The notes below the pieces were generated by a model. It ran no database searches and was not told the origin of the DNA. It saw only the letters and a program-made list of their open reading frames with translations. Shown here one piece after another: positions 1 to 10,360 of a stretch of 64,000 bases of DNA. The position numbers were made by a program, and so were the translations under genes. Source of the stretch: Fimbriimonadia bacterium (GTDB lineage Bacteria; Armatimonadota; Fimbriimonadia; Fimbriimonadales; JABRVX01). The DNA lies in assembly GCA_041483895.1 (NCBI GenBank), contig JBGPGO010000008.1:32001-96000 (forward strand), read 5' to 3'. The first letter of the stretch is position 1. Every line of letters starts with the position of its first letter.

Positions 1-547
1 GCTTCCCGAAAAGCACGAGCGGTACAAGCAGATGATCGGCGTCATTCCCATGGGTTCGCAATTCACGCCTGTGAGGAAGGTCGCCTACACGATCGATCCC
101 ACGCGCGTCGGCTACAAGACCGACTATGAGCGCTTGATGATTGATGTGGAAACGAATGGCACGGTGACGCCGAGTGAAGCTGTCGCGGAAGCGGGCCGAA
201 CCCTCGACAAATTCTTCCGGATGTTCTTCGACCTGTATGAAGCGCCCGGCGAACCGTTCGAGCAGATGCACGATGTGTTGCCGCCGGAACTGCGCGACGT
301 GCCGGAGAAGCGGATCGAAGAGATGGACTTTTCCCAGCGAACATTTAACTGCTTGCGGCGCGCGTCTCTGCTTACCTTGCGGGACATGGTGCAAGTTGAT
401 GAAGGGTTCCTGACTGGCATCCGCGGTTTTGGGAAAAAGTCGCTTTCCGAAGTTCGAGAAAAGTTGGCCGAGCTGGGCCTGGAGTTGCGACCGTCCAAAG
501 GCGGCGCCCGACCCGTGTTCGACGACGACGATGAGGATGACTTCTAA
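1..547 (+). CDS. rpoA: DNA-directed RNA polymerase subunit alpha (5' truncated by window edge)
   Basis: Motifs FTPVRKVAY, TDYERL, ETNGT and the alpha-CTD (RTFNCLRRA, GFGKKSLSEV). Frame is open back to position 2. Followed by rplQ. Confidence 0.97.
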   Translation, partial: LPEKHERYKQMIGVIPMGSQFTPVRKVAYTIDPTRVGYKTDYERLMIDVETNGTVTPSEAVAEAGRTLDKFFRMFFDLYEAPGEPFEQMHDVLPPELRDVPEKRIEEMDFSQRTFNCLRRASLLTLRDMVQVDEGFLTGIRGFGKKSLSEVREKLAELGLELRPSKGGARPVFDDDDEDDF

Positions 548-984
548 TGCGCCATAGAGTTGCCAACCGAAAACTAGGTCTGCCCAGCGATCAGCGAAAG
601 CACCTGCTTAGCAATCTCGTTCGGCAGATGATCATGCACGGCCGTGTCCATACGACGTTGTACCGCGCCAAGGAGCTTCGGCCGATGGTCGAAAAACTGA
701 TCACGACCGCGAGGAACGGCGCCGATTCCGTTGCCGCCCGTCGACAGGCTCGCAAGCTTCTGGTCGGACATTCCAGCCGTCAGGCCAACCCGAAGATGGC
801 GACCATGACCCCGACCCAGCTCGGGGACAAAAGCCTCATTACTGGAGAAGACCTTGTCAAGCATCTGTTCGATACGGTTGCGCCTCGGTTCAAAGACCGG
901 CCGGGCGGCTATACGCGAATCACCCGAACCGGCATTCGGAGAGGGGACGCCGCGGCGACGGCGTTGTTGTCTTTCGTCGAGTAA
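547..984 (+). CDS. rplQ: 50S ribosomal protein L17
   Basis: MRHRVANRKLG start, RAKELRPMVEKLIT, RPGGYTRI. TAATG overlap with rpoA. Confidence 0.98.
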   Translation: MRHRVANRKLGLPSDQRKHLLSNLVRQMIMHGRVHTTLYRAKELRPMVEKLITTARNGADSVAARRQARKLLVGHSSRQANPKMATMTPTQLGDKSLITGEDLVKHLFDTVAPRFKDRPGGYTRITRTGIRRGDAAATALLSFVE

Positions 985-1773
985 TTGACCATCGCGCTCG
1001 TCATCGAGTACGACGGAACGGATTTTCATGGATTTGCCCGGCAGCCTGGGCAAAGAACGATCGAAGGAACGCTCTGGGAAGCGATCGCGCGGATCGAGGG
1101 CGAGCAGCTTGAGATTTTCGGAGCGGGTCGCACGGATGCCGGTGTTCATGCGATTGGACAGACTGTGCACTTTGTTTCGAAGCTGCCAATCGAGCCGAAA
1201 CGTTGGGTAGAGATTGTGAATAGGGCGCTGCCGCTCGATGTTCGAGTGAGAAGCTCGCGGAAAGAGTGGGACGGGTTCCACGCGCGGTTCTCGGCAGATT
1301 CGAGAGAGTATCGATATACGTTCCTCAACCGAGGGACCGTGAGCGTTTTCGAGAATCGATACGCATTGCACGAACCGCACCAGTTCGATGTAGAGCGGAT
1401 GGATCGAGCGGCGAGAGACTTCGTTGGAGAGCACGATTTTCGTGCATTTACGAAAGAGCTTGAGCCGGAGAAATCGAGTGTCCGGACGGTGATGGAGGCC
1501 GGGGTGCGAAGGGTGGGGCCGCAGGTGCGGTTCACGGTGGTCGGCTCGGGGTTCCTTAGGGGAATGGTCCGCATGATGGCGGGAACGCTATCGGAAATCG
1601 GATTGTGCCGGCGGGAAGCGGAAGATATCGGGAAGATGCTGGCGGATCCGGGGTACGGGCGAAGAGCGCCGATGCTGGCGGCCCGAGGACTGTGCCTGGT
1701 GAAGGTGCGCTATCGAAAAGACAGAACGATTTGGTGGTCGGATTCGGCCCCAGTGGACGCAATTGAAGGATAG
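985..1773 (+). CDS. truA: tRNA pseudouridine(38-40) synthase
   Basis: EYDGTDFHGF, GRTDAGVHA, FHARFSA, GEHDFRAF, FLRGMVR motifs. TTG start abuts the rplQ stop. Confidence 0.97.
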   Translation: MTIALVIEYDGTDFHGFARQPGQRTIEGTLWEAIARIEGEQLEIFGAGRTDAGVHAIGQTVHFVSKLPIEPKRWVEIVNRALPLDVRVRSSRKEWDGFHARFSADSREYRYTFLNRGTVSVFENRYALHEPHQFDVERMDRAARDFVGEHDFRAFTKELEPEKSSVRTVMEAGVRRVGPQVRFTVVGSGFLRGMVRMMAGTLSEIGLCRREAEDIGKMLADPGYGRRAPMLAARGLCLVKVRYRKDRTIWWSDSAPVDAIEG

Positions 1774-2208
1774 ATGATGATGAGAACATATTCGGCAAAA
1801 CCAAGTGAGATCGTGCGGGATTGGTATGTGGTTGACGCGGCCGGCAAGGCGGTCGGGCGCGTGGCCAGCGTTGCCGCCCAACTGCTGCGCGGCAAGCACA
1901 AGCCCACCTTTACCTATAACCAGGACGTCGGTGACCATGTGATCGTCATCAACGCCGACAAGGTGAAGCTGACAGGGAACAAGCCGGAGGAGCTGATCTA
2001 TTGGCACTCCATGTATCCGGGCGGACTGAAATCCGCAGCCCGCGGAGAGTGGCTGGACGCAAAGGCGGATGAGCTTCTCTATAAGGCGATTTGGGGAATG
2101 ACTCCCAAAACCCGACTCGGTCGGAAAATTATCAAGAAGTTGAAAATCTATAAGGGCAGCGAGCATCCGCACGAGTCGCAGGCGCCCAAGGTGTGGGAGG
2201 TCAAGTAA
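1774..2208 (+). CDS. rplM: 50S ribosomal protein L13
   Basis: WYVVDA, LRGKHKPTFT, GDHVIVINADKV, HPHESQ. Confidence 0.98.
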   Translation: MMMRTYSAKPSEIVRDWYVVDAAGKAVGRVASVAAQLLRGKHKPTFTYNQDVGDHVIVINADKVKLTGNKPEELIYWHSMYPGGLKSAARGEWLDAKADELLYKAIWGMTPKTRLGRKIIKKLKIYKGSEHPHESQAPKVWEVK

Positions 2209-2212
2209 CGAA

Positions 2213-2608
2213 ATGGCGCACGCAGCACGCAACTATGGCACCGGGCGCAGGAAGAACGCCATCGCCCGCGTCTGGATCAAGGCCGGCTCCGGTTCCATAA
2301 CTGTTAACGGCCGCAAGTCGGACGATTACTTCTGCCGGGCGACATTGAGCGCTTTGGTCAACGCGCCGATGAAGTGTGTTGATCTGGAGAATCGTCTCGA
2401 TATCGTGGCGACTGCCAAAGGCGGAGGGGTCAGCGGCCAGGCCGGCGCGTTGGCCCACGGCATCGCACGAGCTATCATCGAAATGGACCCTACATTGCGA
2501 TCGCCGCTTCGCCGTCTTGGACACTTGACCCGAGACCCAAGGGTCAAGGAGCGGAAGAAGTACGGGCGGAAGCGAGCCCGGCGCGGATTCCAGTACGTCA
2601 AGCGCTAG
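2213..2608 (+). CDS. rpsI: 30S ribosomal protein S9
   Basis: YGTGRRKNAIARV, GGGVSGQAGA, LTRDPRVKERKKYG. Confidence 0.98.
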   Translation: MAHAARNYGTGRRKNAIARVWIKAGSGSITVNGRKSDDYFCRATLSALVNAPMKCVDLENRLDIVATAKGGGVSGQAGALAHGIARAIIEMDPTLRSPLRRLGHLTRDPRVKERKKYGRKRARRGFQYVKR

Positions 2609-2615
2609 TCTTCGA

Positions 2616-2640
2616 CCCTCCACAGTGCGACTGTGGAGGG
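2616..2640. repeat. Family A 25-bp palindrome (11-bp stem, 3-nt loop), variant CCCTCCACAGT-GCG-ACTGTGGAGGG
   Basis: Perfect inverted repeat just after the rpsI stop. Carries a compensatory change relative to the CCCTTCACAGT copies. Confidence 0.85.
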
Positions 2641-2712
2641 ATGTTGAACTGGGCAAGGAGTTCGATGGGCACAGGTTCGGGGCCCGCCCGCATCTGTGCC
2701 CTTTCAACTTAA

Positions 2713-3966
2713 ATGGCACAGGCGACTGAACAGGCGGAACTAGACGTGACAGGCGGGCCGCATCCAATTTGGAGGCGGCACAACCTCTGGCCGCTGTATG
2801 CCATCGCGGTGCTCGCCGAGCTCGGGTACGCCGTTTTGAACATCTCGGCGATGCAGCCGTATCTCCGTTACGATCGCCAGTTCGGCGAAAGCATCATCGC
2901 GCTCGTGATCACCGTGTTTCTGCTGTCCGAGGCGGTGTTCAAGTCGCCCATGGGACATTTGGGGGATCGGTACGGCAGGCGCAGGCTGCTGCTCGTCGCG
3001 CCATGTATCTCACTTTGCACCGCCGTTCTCACCACCCTGATGCGGCCGGCCATCGGTTTTATCGGCCTGCGGGTTTTGGATGGCATTGGGGCCGCGATGA
3101 TTTGGCCGAACCTCTTTGCCGCGGTCGGGGACAAGGTAAGCGACAGCGACCGGGCGGAGGCGATCGGCGTCCTCAACATGTGCTATTGGGTTGGGATAGC
3201 GCTCGGTCCGTTCCTTGACGGGTTGGTCTTCCAGTTCACCGGCAACCGGCATTTCTCGTTCTACCTGGTGGCGCTCCTGTTCGGTGCGGCGGCGCTGATG
3301 GCTTTTCGCACCATCCCCGCGGATGGCGTGCACCCGCATCACGAAGACGAGGCGCATCAGATACCGAAGCTGCGGGACCTGTGGCAGGTGGCGCATGAGA
3401 TTCCCGGCCACTTGGCGCTCTCTATCGTCACCTTCTTCGGAATCGGCCTGCCGATGGCCATCTTCAAGCTGTACGCCAAAGATGTGCTGCAATTGTCGGA
3501 CCTCAGCTTCGGCGCGTTGCTTCTGCCGGCGGCTGCGGCGATGGCATTTTTGAGCATGCCCGCGAGTAGGGCGGTCAATCGGCTCGGAAGGGTGAAGAGC
3601 GTGCAGATCGGACTGCTCACCGGCGCTGTCGGCATGCTCATTATCGCGCTTACTTCTTCGCAAATTGCCTTGGCTGTTTTCGGCTGTCTGGTTGGGCTGG
3701 GGTTCTTGGTGGCGATTCCGGCCTGGCTTACAATAGCCAGCGATGTAAATGAGAACCAGCGCGGGACCTACTTGGGCGCGGTCCAGACCGCCCAAGGCGT
3801 GGGGGCGCTGTTTGGGGCTTCTACGGGCGGATTCCTGTACGAGCACGTATCAAAGAACGCGCCGTTCTTGGGGACCGCAGGGGCGCTCTTCCTGGCTTTT
3901 GGGCTTAGCTTCCTGGTGTTCCGGCCGCGCCGAAGCCCGTTCCTGGAACAGCCTGGCCAGGACTAA
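2713..3966 (+). CDS. MFS transporter
   Basis: About 12 hydrophobic segments and MFS motif A (GHLGDRYGRRR). Confidence 0.92.
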   Translation: MAQATEQAELDVTGGPHPIWRRHNLWPLYAIAVLAELGYAVLNISAMQPYLRYDRQFGESIIALVITVFLLSEAVFKSPMGHLGDRYGRRRLLLVAPCISLCTAVLTTLMRPAIGFIGLRVLDGIGAAMIWPNLFAAVGDKVSDSDRAEAIGVLNMCYWVGIALGPFLDGLVFQFTGNRHFSFYLVALLFGAAALMAFRTIPADGVHPHHEDEAHQIPKLRDLWQVAHEIPGHLALSIVTFFGIGLPMAIFKLYAKDVLQLSDLSFGALLLPAAAAMAFLSMPASRAVNRLGRVKSVQIGLLTGAVGMLIIALTSSQIALAVFGCLVGLGFLVAIPAWLTIASDVNENQRGTYLGAVQTAQGVGALFGASTGGFLYEHVSKNAPFLGTAGALFLAFGLSFLVFRPRRSPFLEQPGQD

Positions 3967-4321
3967 ATCCCGGTTGATTTCGCGGGGCTTCCATCGGCGT
4001 TCCGCTGTCCGCTTCGGGGATGACCTTGCCGTACGGATTCTGGCGGCGGTCTCTCTCTTCCGGGGTGTACATTTCGGCGTATTTGTCCGCGACGCTGTTT
4101 GGCAGCTTTACCTGCTGATCGACCGCGACTTCGGCCTTGGCGGCGGCGACCTTCTTGTCCAGCTCCGGGGTCGGTCTAGGCCCCACGCTCATTTTGCCAG
4201 GCTTCATCTCGACAACGGGGCGCCAGGAATCCAGGTCCTTTGGGCTCGGCTCGGTCCGATGGTGCCGGCATCCCCCAAGGACTAGGGCGAGGAGGGGCAG
4301 GGCGATCCAAATGCGTTTCAT
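3905..4321 (-). CDS. Hypothetical lipoprotein
   Basis: Signal peptide with lipobox (MKRIWIALPLLALVLGGC), start placed at ATG 4321. The 3' end overlaps the MFS gene. Confidence 0.65.
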   Translation of the reverse strand: MKRIWIALPLLALVLGGCRHHRTEPSPKDLDSWRPVVEMKPGKMSVGPRPTPELDKKVAAAKAEVAVDQQVKLPNSVADKYAEMYTPEERDRRQNPYGKVIPEADSGTPMEAPRNQPGFSPGQAVPGTGFGAAGTPGS

Positions 4322-4536
4322 TACATTGGGATTATTGGCGTATTCGCGCCACGGCTTCCTCAGCATGTTTGCTTAGAATTTCCTAAGGGAGGGAAGAGCT
4401 GGGGTGGAGATGCCCGGCCTCTGGGAAGACTGAATCGCGCTGCTCGGCCTGGGGTTTCTTGCTTCTTGGCGATAGTGAGTTATGTTGGCGTCTTAGAACA
4501 TCCCGTGCCTCTTCACGGCTGGCAGCCTCTCGAATT

Positions 4537-4561
4537 CCCTCAATAATGTGATTATTGAGGG
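4537..4561. repeat. Family A palindrome variant CCCTCAATAAT-GTG-ATTATTGAGGG
   Basis: Perfect 11-bp stem and 3-nt loop immediately downstream of the stop at 4568. Confidence 0.75.
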
Positions 4562-4567
4562 ATGCCA

Positions 4568-5644
4568 CTACCAGCATGGCTCTTCACCGCCTCTAACTAC
4601 GAGCCTGCGTTCATTTCGGATCGTTGACGAGACCCAGATCTCTTTGCTAGAATCACCAGTATCAGCCTCATATGCGATCCACCTGCCATCTCTCGAAATC
4701 GTAGGTTTGGTCCCATGTGCAATTTGCCTTATCCTGATGTTGCTGCCGATGGTGGCTATTTTTATTATCCCATCGCTCGTGCCTTCCAATTTGCAGACAT
4801 CGAATACTATTTGATTGCCAACTGAACTCCACTGGAGACTCTGCACCCCTCGCGTATTGGGGTCGGCCCCTAGGCGGCCAACTATCTTTGCCTGAGAAGA
4901 AAGTCTCCTCTCGTGCCATTGCATTCCCTTCGCAAATAGATCGGCACGCTTCGAAAAAAATGACCCGCTTTCGCTCCCTGCTAACCAAAGGTCTCCGTTC
5001 AGCGAAAACACGAGTTTCACACCGTTCGGTGAAAATGATGGACTCCAGCAGGATGTTATCGAAATCGACTCTAGGCCAGATGTTGCAGACCCAATAAATC
5101 TGAATTCTCTTGGGTGCAATGGATCGTTCTCAGTCTTGTGCGGGATATAGACAAAGCAGATCGAAGTAAGTCGTATACTCGGATGCTCGGAATACCAAAC
5201 GTCTTGCAGTTCAAGTGAACTGGGCAATAACGTCCTCTTTTCTTCAATTGAAAAAGCGATTCCGTTTCCATTTGGATGCCAACTCGGACGACCAATTACA
5301 GTTGCGCGCGAATGAATGCCGAAGCTTGTTAGCCTCAGTTGCAGCCGACCGTTGCTGTCACACATCCAAACATTGTTGGCACGAAGAAACGCAATGTGTT
5401 TCCCATCTGGACTTATCGATGGATATGATGCATCACGGCATATCTTGCTTGCAATCCCATGAGACCATTGCCACAGATCGTTACCGCGTACAAATACAAA
5501 TTTCGGAACCTCGGTGCTTGCTGCATCAGTAGAGCGTGGACCAACAACTTCTCCATGCAAGTTGCGCGACAGCATAAACGAAGCCATAATGAGCGTAGCC
5601 GCAAATACGACTCTCACAACGATATTACTATTAGCCATGTCCAT
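4568..5644 (-). CDS. Secreted TolB-like/PD40 beta-propeller protein
   Basis: Repeated PSISPDGK, PSWHPNG, PSFSPNG, PTISRDG motifs and an N-terminal hydrophobic segment. Visibly lower GC than neighbours. Confidence 0.8.
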   Translation of the reverse strand: MDMANSNIVVRVVFAATLIMASFMLSRNLHGEVVGPRSTDAASTEVPKFVFVRGNDLWQWSHGIASKICRDASYPSISPDGKHIAFLRANNVWMCDSNGRLQLRLTSFGIHSRATVIGRPSWHPNGNGIAFSIEEKRTLLPSSLELQDVWYSEHPSIRLTSICFVYIPHKTENDPLHPREFRFIGSATSGLESISITSCWSPSFSPNGVKLVFSLNGDLWLAGSESGSFFSKRADLFAKGMQWHERRLSSQAKIVGRLGADPNTRGVQSLQWSSVGNQIVFDVCKLEGTSDGIIKIATIGSNIRIRQIAHGTKPTISRDGRWIAYEADTGDSSKEIWVSSTIRNERRLVVRGGEEPCW

Positions 5645-5865
5645 TTCTCCAATTGCTTAGGATTTACGTTCTATCGCCCAACAGGTCCTCCTGTTTAGCG
5701 GCGTGAATTCGTACGCAAGAGCCACCTGGGGACCGAACTGCCAGGCGTCAATTGCACCGCTCCAGCGGCGGAAATGCGCCATGTGGAAATCTTACACCAT
5801 TCGACGGATTGTGTCGCAGTCAGCCTCTCCGAAGCGCCTCAGCAGGCGAATCTATTGAGGGATCC

Positions 5866-7032
5866 TTAGAGCAAACTCTTCGGCGAGACCCAGCGTCTTT
5901 CGGCGGAGCTGATCTCTACGGCCTCCAGAACCGCCTGGTTCTTCAGTCCTTCCTCGAAATCGGGTGTGAGCGGCTTGCCGTGCGCGATGTTCTGAAGCGC
6001 GTCGTGGATGAGGTTGGTGAAGGTGTGCTCGTAGCCGATGATGTGGCCCGGCGGCCACCAGGCCCCCGCGTAGGGATGGAAGCTTTCCGTCGTTTGGATT
6101 GTCCGGAAGCCGCGAATGGCCTGCGGGTCGTCGGTTCGGTACAGCTCCATCTCGTTCATCCGCTCCATGTTGAACACCAGCGAGCCCTTGGAGCCGTTGA
6201 TCTCAAATCGATTGAAGTTCTTGCGGCCGGGCGCGAAACGGGTTGCCTCAAAGTTACCAATTGCGCCGTTTTCGAATCTCGCAAGGAACAGCGCCGTGTC
6301 GTCCACTGTCACCTCGCCCATTTCCGTCCCTGCCTTGCCTGCCAGCCCTCCGGTTGCATCGGCGAGGATCGGCCGCTGCTTGACGAAAGTGTCCATGAGG
6401 CCGGAGACTTCGGCGATTTCGCCGACCAGATGACGGGCGAGATCGATAACATGCGCGTTGAGATCGCCATGAGTGCCGGAACCGGCGAACTCTTTTTTCA
6501 GCCGCCACACGAGAGGGAAGTTGGGATCGGCGATCCAGTCCTGCAGATAGGTGCCGCGGAAATGATAGATATGGCCGATTTTGCCGTCGTCGATCAATTG
6601 TTTCGCAAGGGCGATGGCGGGGACGAAGCGATAGTTATGGAAGAGGGCGCTCTCGACTCCCGCGCTTCGGACCGCCGCCGCCATCTCTTTGGCCTCCGCC
6701 AGGTTGTTGGCCATCGGTTTTTCGCAGAGGACCACCTTGCCGGCTTTGGCCGCCGCGATGCTGATTGGGGCGTGCAGGTGTCCCGGCGCGGCGACGTCGA
6801 TGATATCGAGATCCGGACGCTGGACGACGCGCTCCCAGTCGGTGTCCGTCTCTTCCCAGCCGAAGGTTTTCGCGGCTTTGTCTACCCGTTCTTGGTTGCG
6901 GCCGCAGATCACTTTCATCACGGGATCAACATCGAGATCGAAGAATCGGCTCACCTGGCGGTAGGCGTTCGAGTGGGCTTTGCCCATGAACTGATAGCCG
7001 ATGAGGCCGATATTGAGCTTCCGTTTCGCCAT
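5866..7032 (-). CDS. Gfo/Idh/MocA family oxidoreductase
   Basis: [13 protein letters not shown]ossmann motif, [17 protein letters not shown]. Confidence 0.95.
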   Translation of the reverse strand: MAKRKLNIGLIGYQFMGKAHSNAYRQVSRFFDLDVDPVMKVICGRNQERVDKAAKTFGWEETDTDWERVVQRPDLDIIDVAAPGHLHAPISIAAAKAGKVVLCEKPMANNLAEAKEMAAAVRSAGVESALFHNYRFVPAIALAKQLIDDGKIGHIYHFRGTYLQDWIADPNFPLVWRLKKEFAGSGTHGDLNAHVIDLARHLVGEIAEVSGLMDTFVKQRPILADATGGLAGKAGTEMGEVTVDDTALFLARFENGAIGNFEATRFAPGRKNFNRFEINGSKGSLVFNMERMNEMELYRTDDPQAIRGFRTIQTTESFHPYAGAWWPPGHIIGYEHTFTNLIHDALQNIAHGKPLTPDFEEGLKNQAVLEAVEISSAERRWVSPKSLL

Positions 7033-7063
7033 GTGGGTTCATTTCACCGGGTGCATACCCGAT

Positions 7064-7157
7064 CCCTTCACAGTCGCACTGTGAAGGAGTCTTCTTTGTG
7101 TTGGGGTCTGGGGTCCTCGGCGCCAGCTAGGATTCGGCCGGCGAGGACCCCAACACA
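7064..7157. repeat. Intergenic repeat cluster: family A palindrome (7064-7088) and family E ~60-bp element (7097-7157)
   Basis: CCCTTCACAGTCGCACTGTGAAGG followed by TGTGTTGGGGTC...GACCCCAACACA. Confidence 0.88.
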
Positions 7158-7173
7158 TCATCGATTCATTTCC

Positions 7174-7632
7174 CTAGAAATGCATCTCCTCGTCGCCGTA
7201 GAGAAGCTGAATGTAGTTCACCTGGCCGAGGTGGTAGGTGTTGTTCCACTCGTGGTAGCTCAGGATTTCACCGACGCGGGTTGTCCCCCATGGAAGCTCT
7301 ACCGTTTTGTTGATGTCATCATCGGACAGCCCCATGATGTAGCCGCCAAAGTCGTCCGTTTCTTTTCGCGCCACGGCGATGGCCTGATCCATTGTAGCGA
7401 CGGTCTGCTTGAACGCATCCCATTTTGCCGAATCGGATTCCGGCATCTTGCCTTCGGTTATGCAGCCCTTGATCCATCTCGGGAATCCGGCCACCTCTTG
7501 CATCATCGATAAAATCGTCCGCGCTTTCCCCATCGGAACCCATTCCCATTTGTCCGGCGGCGTGGATTGCACGCATTTGATCAGTCCTTCTAGGGACTGC
7601 TTGGCTCCTTTTGCCGTAATGTCTTTGTTCAT
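7174..7632 (-). CDS. DinB/YfiT family protein
   Basis: WVPMGKART and C-terminal NNTYHLGQVNYI, typical of the DinB four-helix family. Confidence 0.8.
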   Translation of the reverse strand: MNKDITAKGAKQSLEGLIKCVQSTPPDKWEWVPMGKARTILSMMQEVAGFPRWIKGCITEGKMPESDSAKWDAFKQTVATMDQAIAVARKETDDFGGYIMGLSDDDINKTVELPWGTTRVGEILSYHEWNNTYHLGQVNYIQLLYGDEEMHF

Positions 7633-7703
7633 TTACTCCTTGCTCCTATTCAAAAGTATTGAGTCGCTGGGCATTCTAGTATTCAACCATCATCCGATTA
7701 ATC

Positions 7704-9002
7704 CTACGTGAGGCTAGGGATAAAGTCCCCGTGCGCCTCAAGCATTTCGTCCACCATCGCCTTGATCTCGTCGATTGTCAGCTCGGCACAGGTGTGCGGA
7801 TCCATCATTGCCGCCTGATACACATAGTCGCGCTTGCCGGTGAGGGCGGCTTCGACGGTGAGCGACTGAACGTTGACATTGGTCTGAATGATGGCGGCGA
7901 GTTGCGGCGGGAGATTGCCGATGTAGGTTGGTTGAATGCCGTTCTTGTCTACCAGGCACGGCACCTCAACGCAGCAGCCGGTCGGGAGATTCGTGATGAG
8001 GCCCGTGTTCTTGACATTGCCATACACGACGCGCGGAGTGTTCGTTTGCATGCTGTCTACGATCAGGGAGCCATATTCGGAGCTTCTTTTGATCGCAATC
8101 GGCTCATCGCCTTCATATTCGATGCGGCGCTGCTCCCAGATGCCGATGATGTCTTCACATCGGCGGATGTACTCGTCGAGCGGCACATCGAACCGTTCGA
8201 TCAGGTCTGGGCGGTCGCGCCGAATGAAATAGGGGCAGTACTCCGAGAAATGCTCGCTCGATTCGGTGACGAAGTAGTTCAGATGCTTCATCATCTCGAA
8301 TCGCACCGCGTCTTTGGCGAAGATTTCAGGATTTTCGGCCACATCGAAGAACCTTTTGTATAGGTTTTCCACTCCCAACTTGAACTCTAAGAAAAAGGCC
8401 ATGTGGTTGATCCCGGCCACGCGATAGTGGACCTGATCGTAGGGGACCCCGATGTATCCGCAGAGCTGCTGCGCGGTGCCTTGCACCGAGTGGCACAATC
8501 CAACGGCCCGGACTCCGCCCGAGCGGGCGAGGGACCAACAGTTCATGGCCATCGGATTTACGTACTGAAGCATCAGCGCATCGGGGCACAACTCACGCAT
8601 GTCCTTGGCCAAATCGAGCAGGACCGGGATGGTTCGAAGGCCCCGCATGATCCCGCCCAGATTGAGGGTGTCCGCGATCGTGTGTCGGAGGCCATATCTC
8701 TTGGGAATCTCGAAATCGATGACGGTCGAGGGCTTGTAGCCGCCGATCTGGAACATGGTGATGACATAATCCGCGCCCCGTACCGCTTCCCGCCGATTTT
8801 GGGTTGCGGTGATGGAATGCGGCTTCGCGCCAACCGCGGCGGCGACCTTCTGGGCGACCCGATCAGCCGTGTGCAGCCGATCGGGATCGATGTCCATCAA
8901 TGCAATTTCACAATCCGACATGCTTGGGAAACTTAGAATGTCGCCCAAGAGGTTCTTCGCGAACACAACGCTGCCCGCGCCAATCAATGCAACTTTTGCC
9001 AT
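7704..9002 (-). CDS. melA: Alpha-galactosidase, glycoside hydrolase family 4
   Basis: KVALIGAGSVVF, YVNPMA, GLCHSVQGT, AGINHMAF, TESSEHFSEY. Confidence 0.93.
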   Translation of the reverse strand: MAKVALIGAGSVVFAKNLLGDILSFPSMSDCEIALMDIDPDRLHTADRVAQKVAAAVGAKPHSITATQNRREAVRGADYVITMFQIGGYKPSTVIDFEIPKRYGLRHTIADTLNLGGIMRGLRTIPVLLDLAKDMRELCPDALMLQYVNPMAMNCWSLARSGGVRAVGLCHSVQGTAQQLCGYIGVPYDQVHYRVAGINHMAFFLEFKLGVENLYKRFFDVAENPEIFAKDAVRFEMMKHLNYFVTESSEHFSEYCPYFIRRDRPDLIERFDVPLDEYIRRCEDIIGIWEQRRIEYEGDEPIAIKRSSEYGSLIVDSMQTNTPRVVYGNVKNTGLITNLPTGCCVEVPCLVDKNGIQPTYIGNLPPQLAAIIQTNVNVQSLTVEAALTGKRDYVYQAAMMDPHTCAELTIDEIKAMVDEMLEAHGDFIPSLT

Positions 9003-9041
9003 GTTGATATTGTCGCATAGTCCTGGTGCTACAATCGAGGC

Positions 9042-9530
9042 ATGGAGCTCAAAGTGGCGAAAGCGACCAACGCGGATTGCCCCGGAATCATCGCGGTTAT
9101 CAAGGACGTCTGCGTGGAATACGGCTTCACGTGGGAGGACGGCGGCTACTTCGGCGACCTCTTCGATGTGGAAGGCTATTACCTAAGAAAGGGCGGGATG
9201 TTCTGGACGGTGCGGGAGGGAGATGAAACGGTCGGCACCTGCGGCGTCAAGCATTGGTCGGCGGAGATGTGCGAGCTATCCAGGATGTATCTTCTCAAGA
9301 AAATGAGAGGTCAAGGGCTTGGCGGCCGGCTTTTCCAATTGGCGACCGATTGGAGCAGGGAACAGGGGTATCGCCGAATGGAGATCTGGTCGGACGTGAA
9401 GTTGACCGACGCGCACGCCATGTATCAGAAAAGGGGCGCTATCCCGATCGGTCAGCGGATCTGCGACGATCCGGACGACAGCTTGGAATACGGGTTCTTG
9501 TACGAGCTAGCTTCCGTCTCCGGGGGTTAG
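9042..9530 (+). CDS. GNAT family N-acetyltransferase
   Basis: ELSRMYLLKKMRGQGLG acetyl-CoA motif, AHAMYQKRG. Confidence 0.92.
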   Translation: MELKVAKATNADCPGIIAVIKDVCVEYGFTWEDGGYFGDLFDVEGYYLRKGGMFWTVREGDETVGTCGVKHWSAEMCELSRMYLLKKMRGQGLGGRLFQLATDWSREQGYRRMEIWSDVKLTDAHAMYQKRGAIPIGQRICDDPDDSLEYGFLYELASVSGG

Positions 9531-10358
9531 CTGGTTGCCCTTGAAGAATTCTTTCATCTGCGGCGTAGCCTCCTTGGCTTTTTCGTTGTATCGCACCAGG
9601 ATCGCGACGCGACGGTTGGTCGGATCCATGGGGTTGGAGCGCACCCGCGGCCGAGTATCGGCGAATGCATTGACCTGCTTGATTCGTCCTGTTAGGCCCG
9701 CACTTTCCATGATTATTTTCGCGGCCTTCGCGCGATCGAAGGATAGGTTCCAGTTATCATAATTGGGGGTTGCGTACTGAACCGAATCCGTGTGTCCTTC
9801 AACGTCAACCGGATTCGAGAGCTCTTTCAAATGCGTCCCCACCATTTTGAGGAGGGCGGCTGCGGCGGGAAGCATTTTCGCCGAGCCCAATTCGAAAAAG
9901 CCTATTTCCGTTCTGTCCACCAGCTCAATGAGTAGTCCTTCATCTGTGACCGTCACTTCGACCTGACTGGCGAGGTTGGTTGAGCCTTTCATTTGTTTGA
10001 GCGCCACTTTGATCTGCTGCTCTGCCTTTTCAAACTTGCTCTTCTCCGTCCGGCGGACGGCGTTCATCAACGAATCCGCGCTTTTTGCGCCGGCGAGGGA
10101 TTTTTCCCCGGACTTATTGCCCGTCATCGCCAACGGATTGCGGCCGTTTTCAAATCCGGCGGTAAATCCGACCGGATCGTTGAAGTATCCCTGAATCGCC
10201 TTGCGCGTTTCTTCGCTGAGGCCGAGGATCCACATGACGAGGAAAAACGCCATCATGGCGGTCATAAAGTCGGCGAACGCAACCTTCCATGCCCCACCGT
10301 GGTGGGCTTCATGGCCGCCGGTCTTTTTGATGATCCGAATCTGTGGCTGCTCGGGCAT
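9507..10358 (-). CDS. motB: Flagellar motor stator protein MotB
   Basis: HHGGAWKVAFADFMTAMMAFF (conserved Asp) and an OmpA-like domain (EGHTDS, NWNLSFDRA, NRRV). Confidence 0.95.
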   Translation of the reverse strand: MPEQPQIRIIKKTGGHEAHHGGAWKVAFADFMTAMMAFFLVMWILGLSEETRKAIQGYFNDPVGFTAGFENGRNPLAMTGNKSGEKSLAGAKSADSLMNAVRRTEKSKFEKAEQQIKVALKQMKGSTNLASQVEVTVTDEGLLIELVDRTEIGFFELGSAKMLPAAAALLKMVGTHLKELSNPVDVEGHTDSVQYATPNYDNWNLSFDRAKAAKIIMESAGLTGRIKQVNAFADTRPRVRSNPMDPTNRRVAILVRYNEKAKEATPQMKEFFKGNQLTPGDGS

Positions 10359-10360
10359 TG

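Noticed and set aside
4383..4577. 64-aa ORF downstream of the TolB-like gene
   Set aside because: Largely composed of repeat-derived sequence (family A hairpin and a G-rich half element). No independent coding evidence.
5676..5705. Integron attC site (GTTGGGC on the minus strand upstream of the TolB-like gene)
   Set aside because: No convincing partner RYYYAAC or L boxes, no cassette array and no integrase in the window.
5752..7512. Long antisense ORFs (for example 5752-7512, 21648-23186, 33795-35501)
   Set aside because: Shadow frames opposite well-supported genes in GC-rich DNA.
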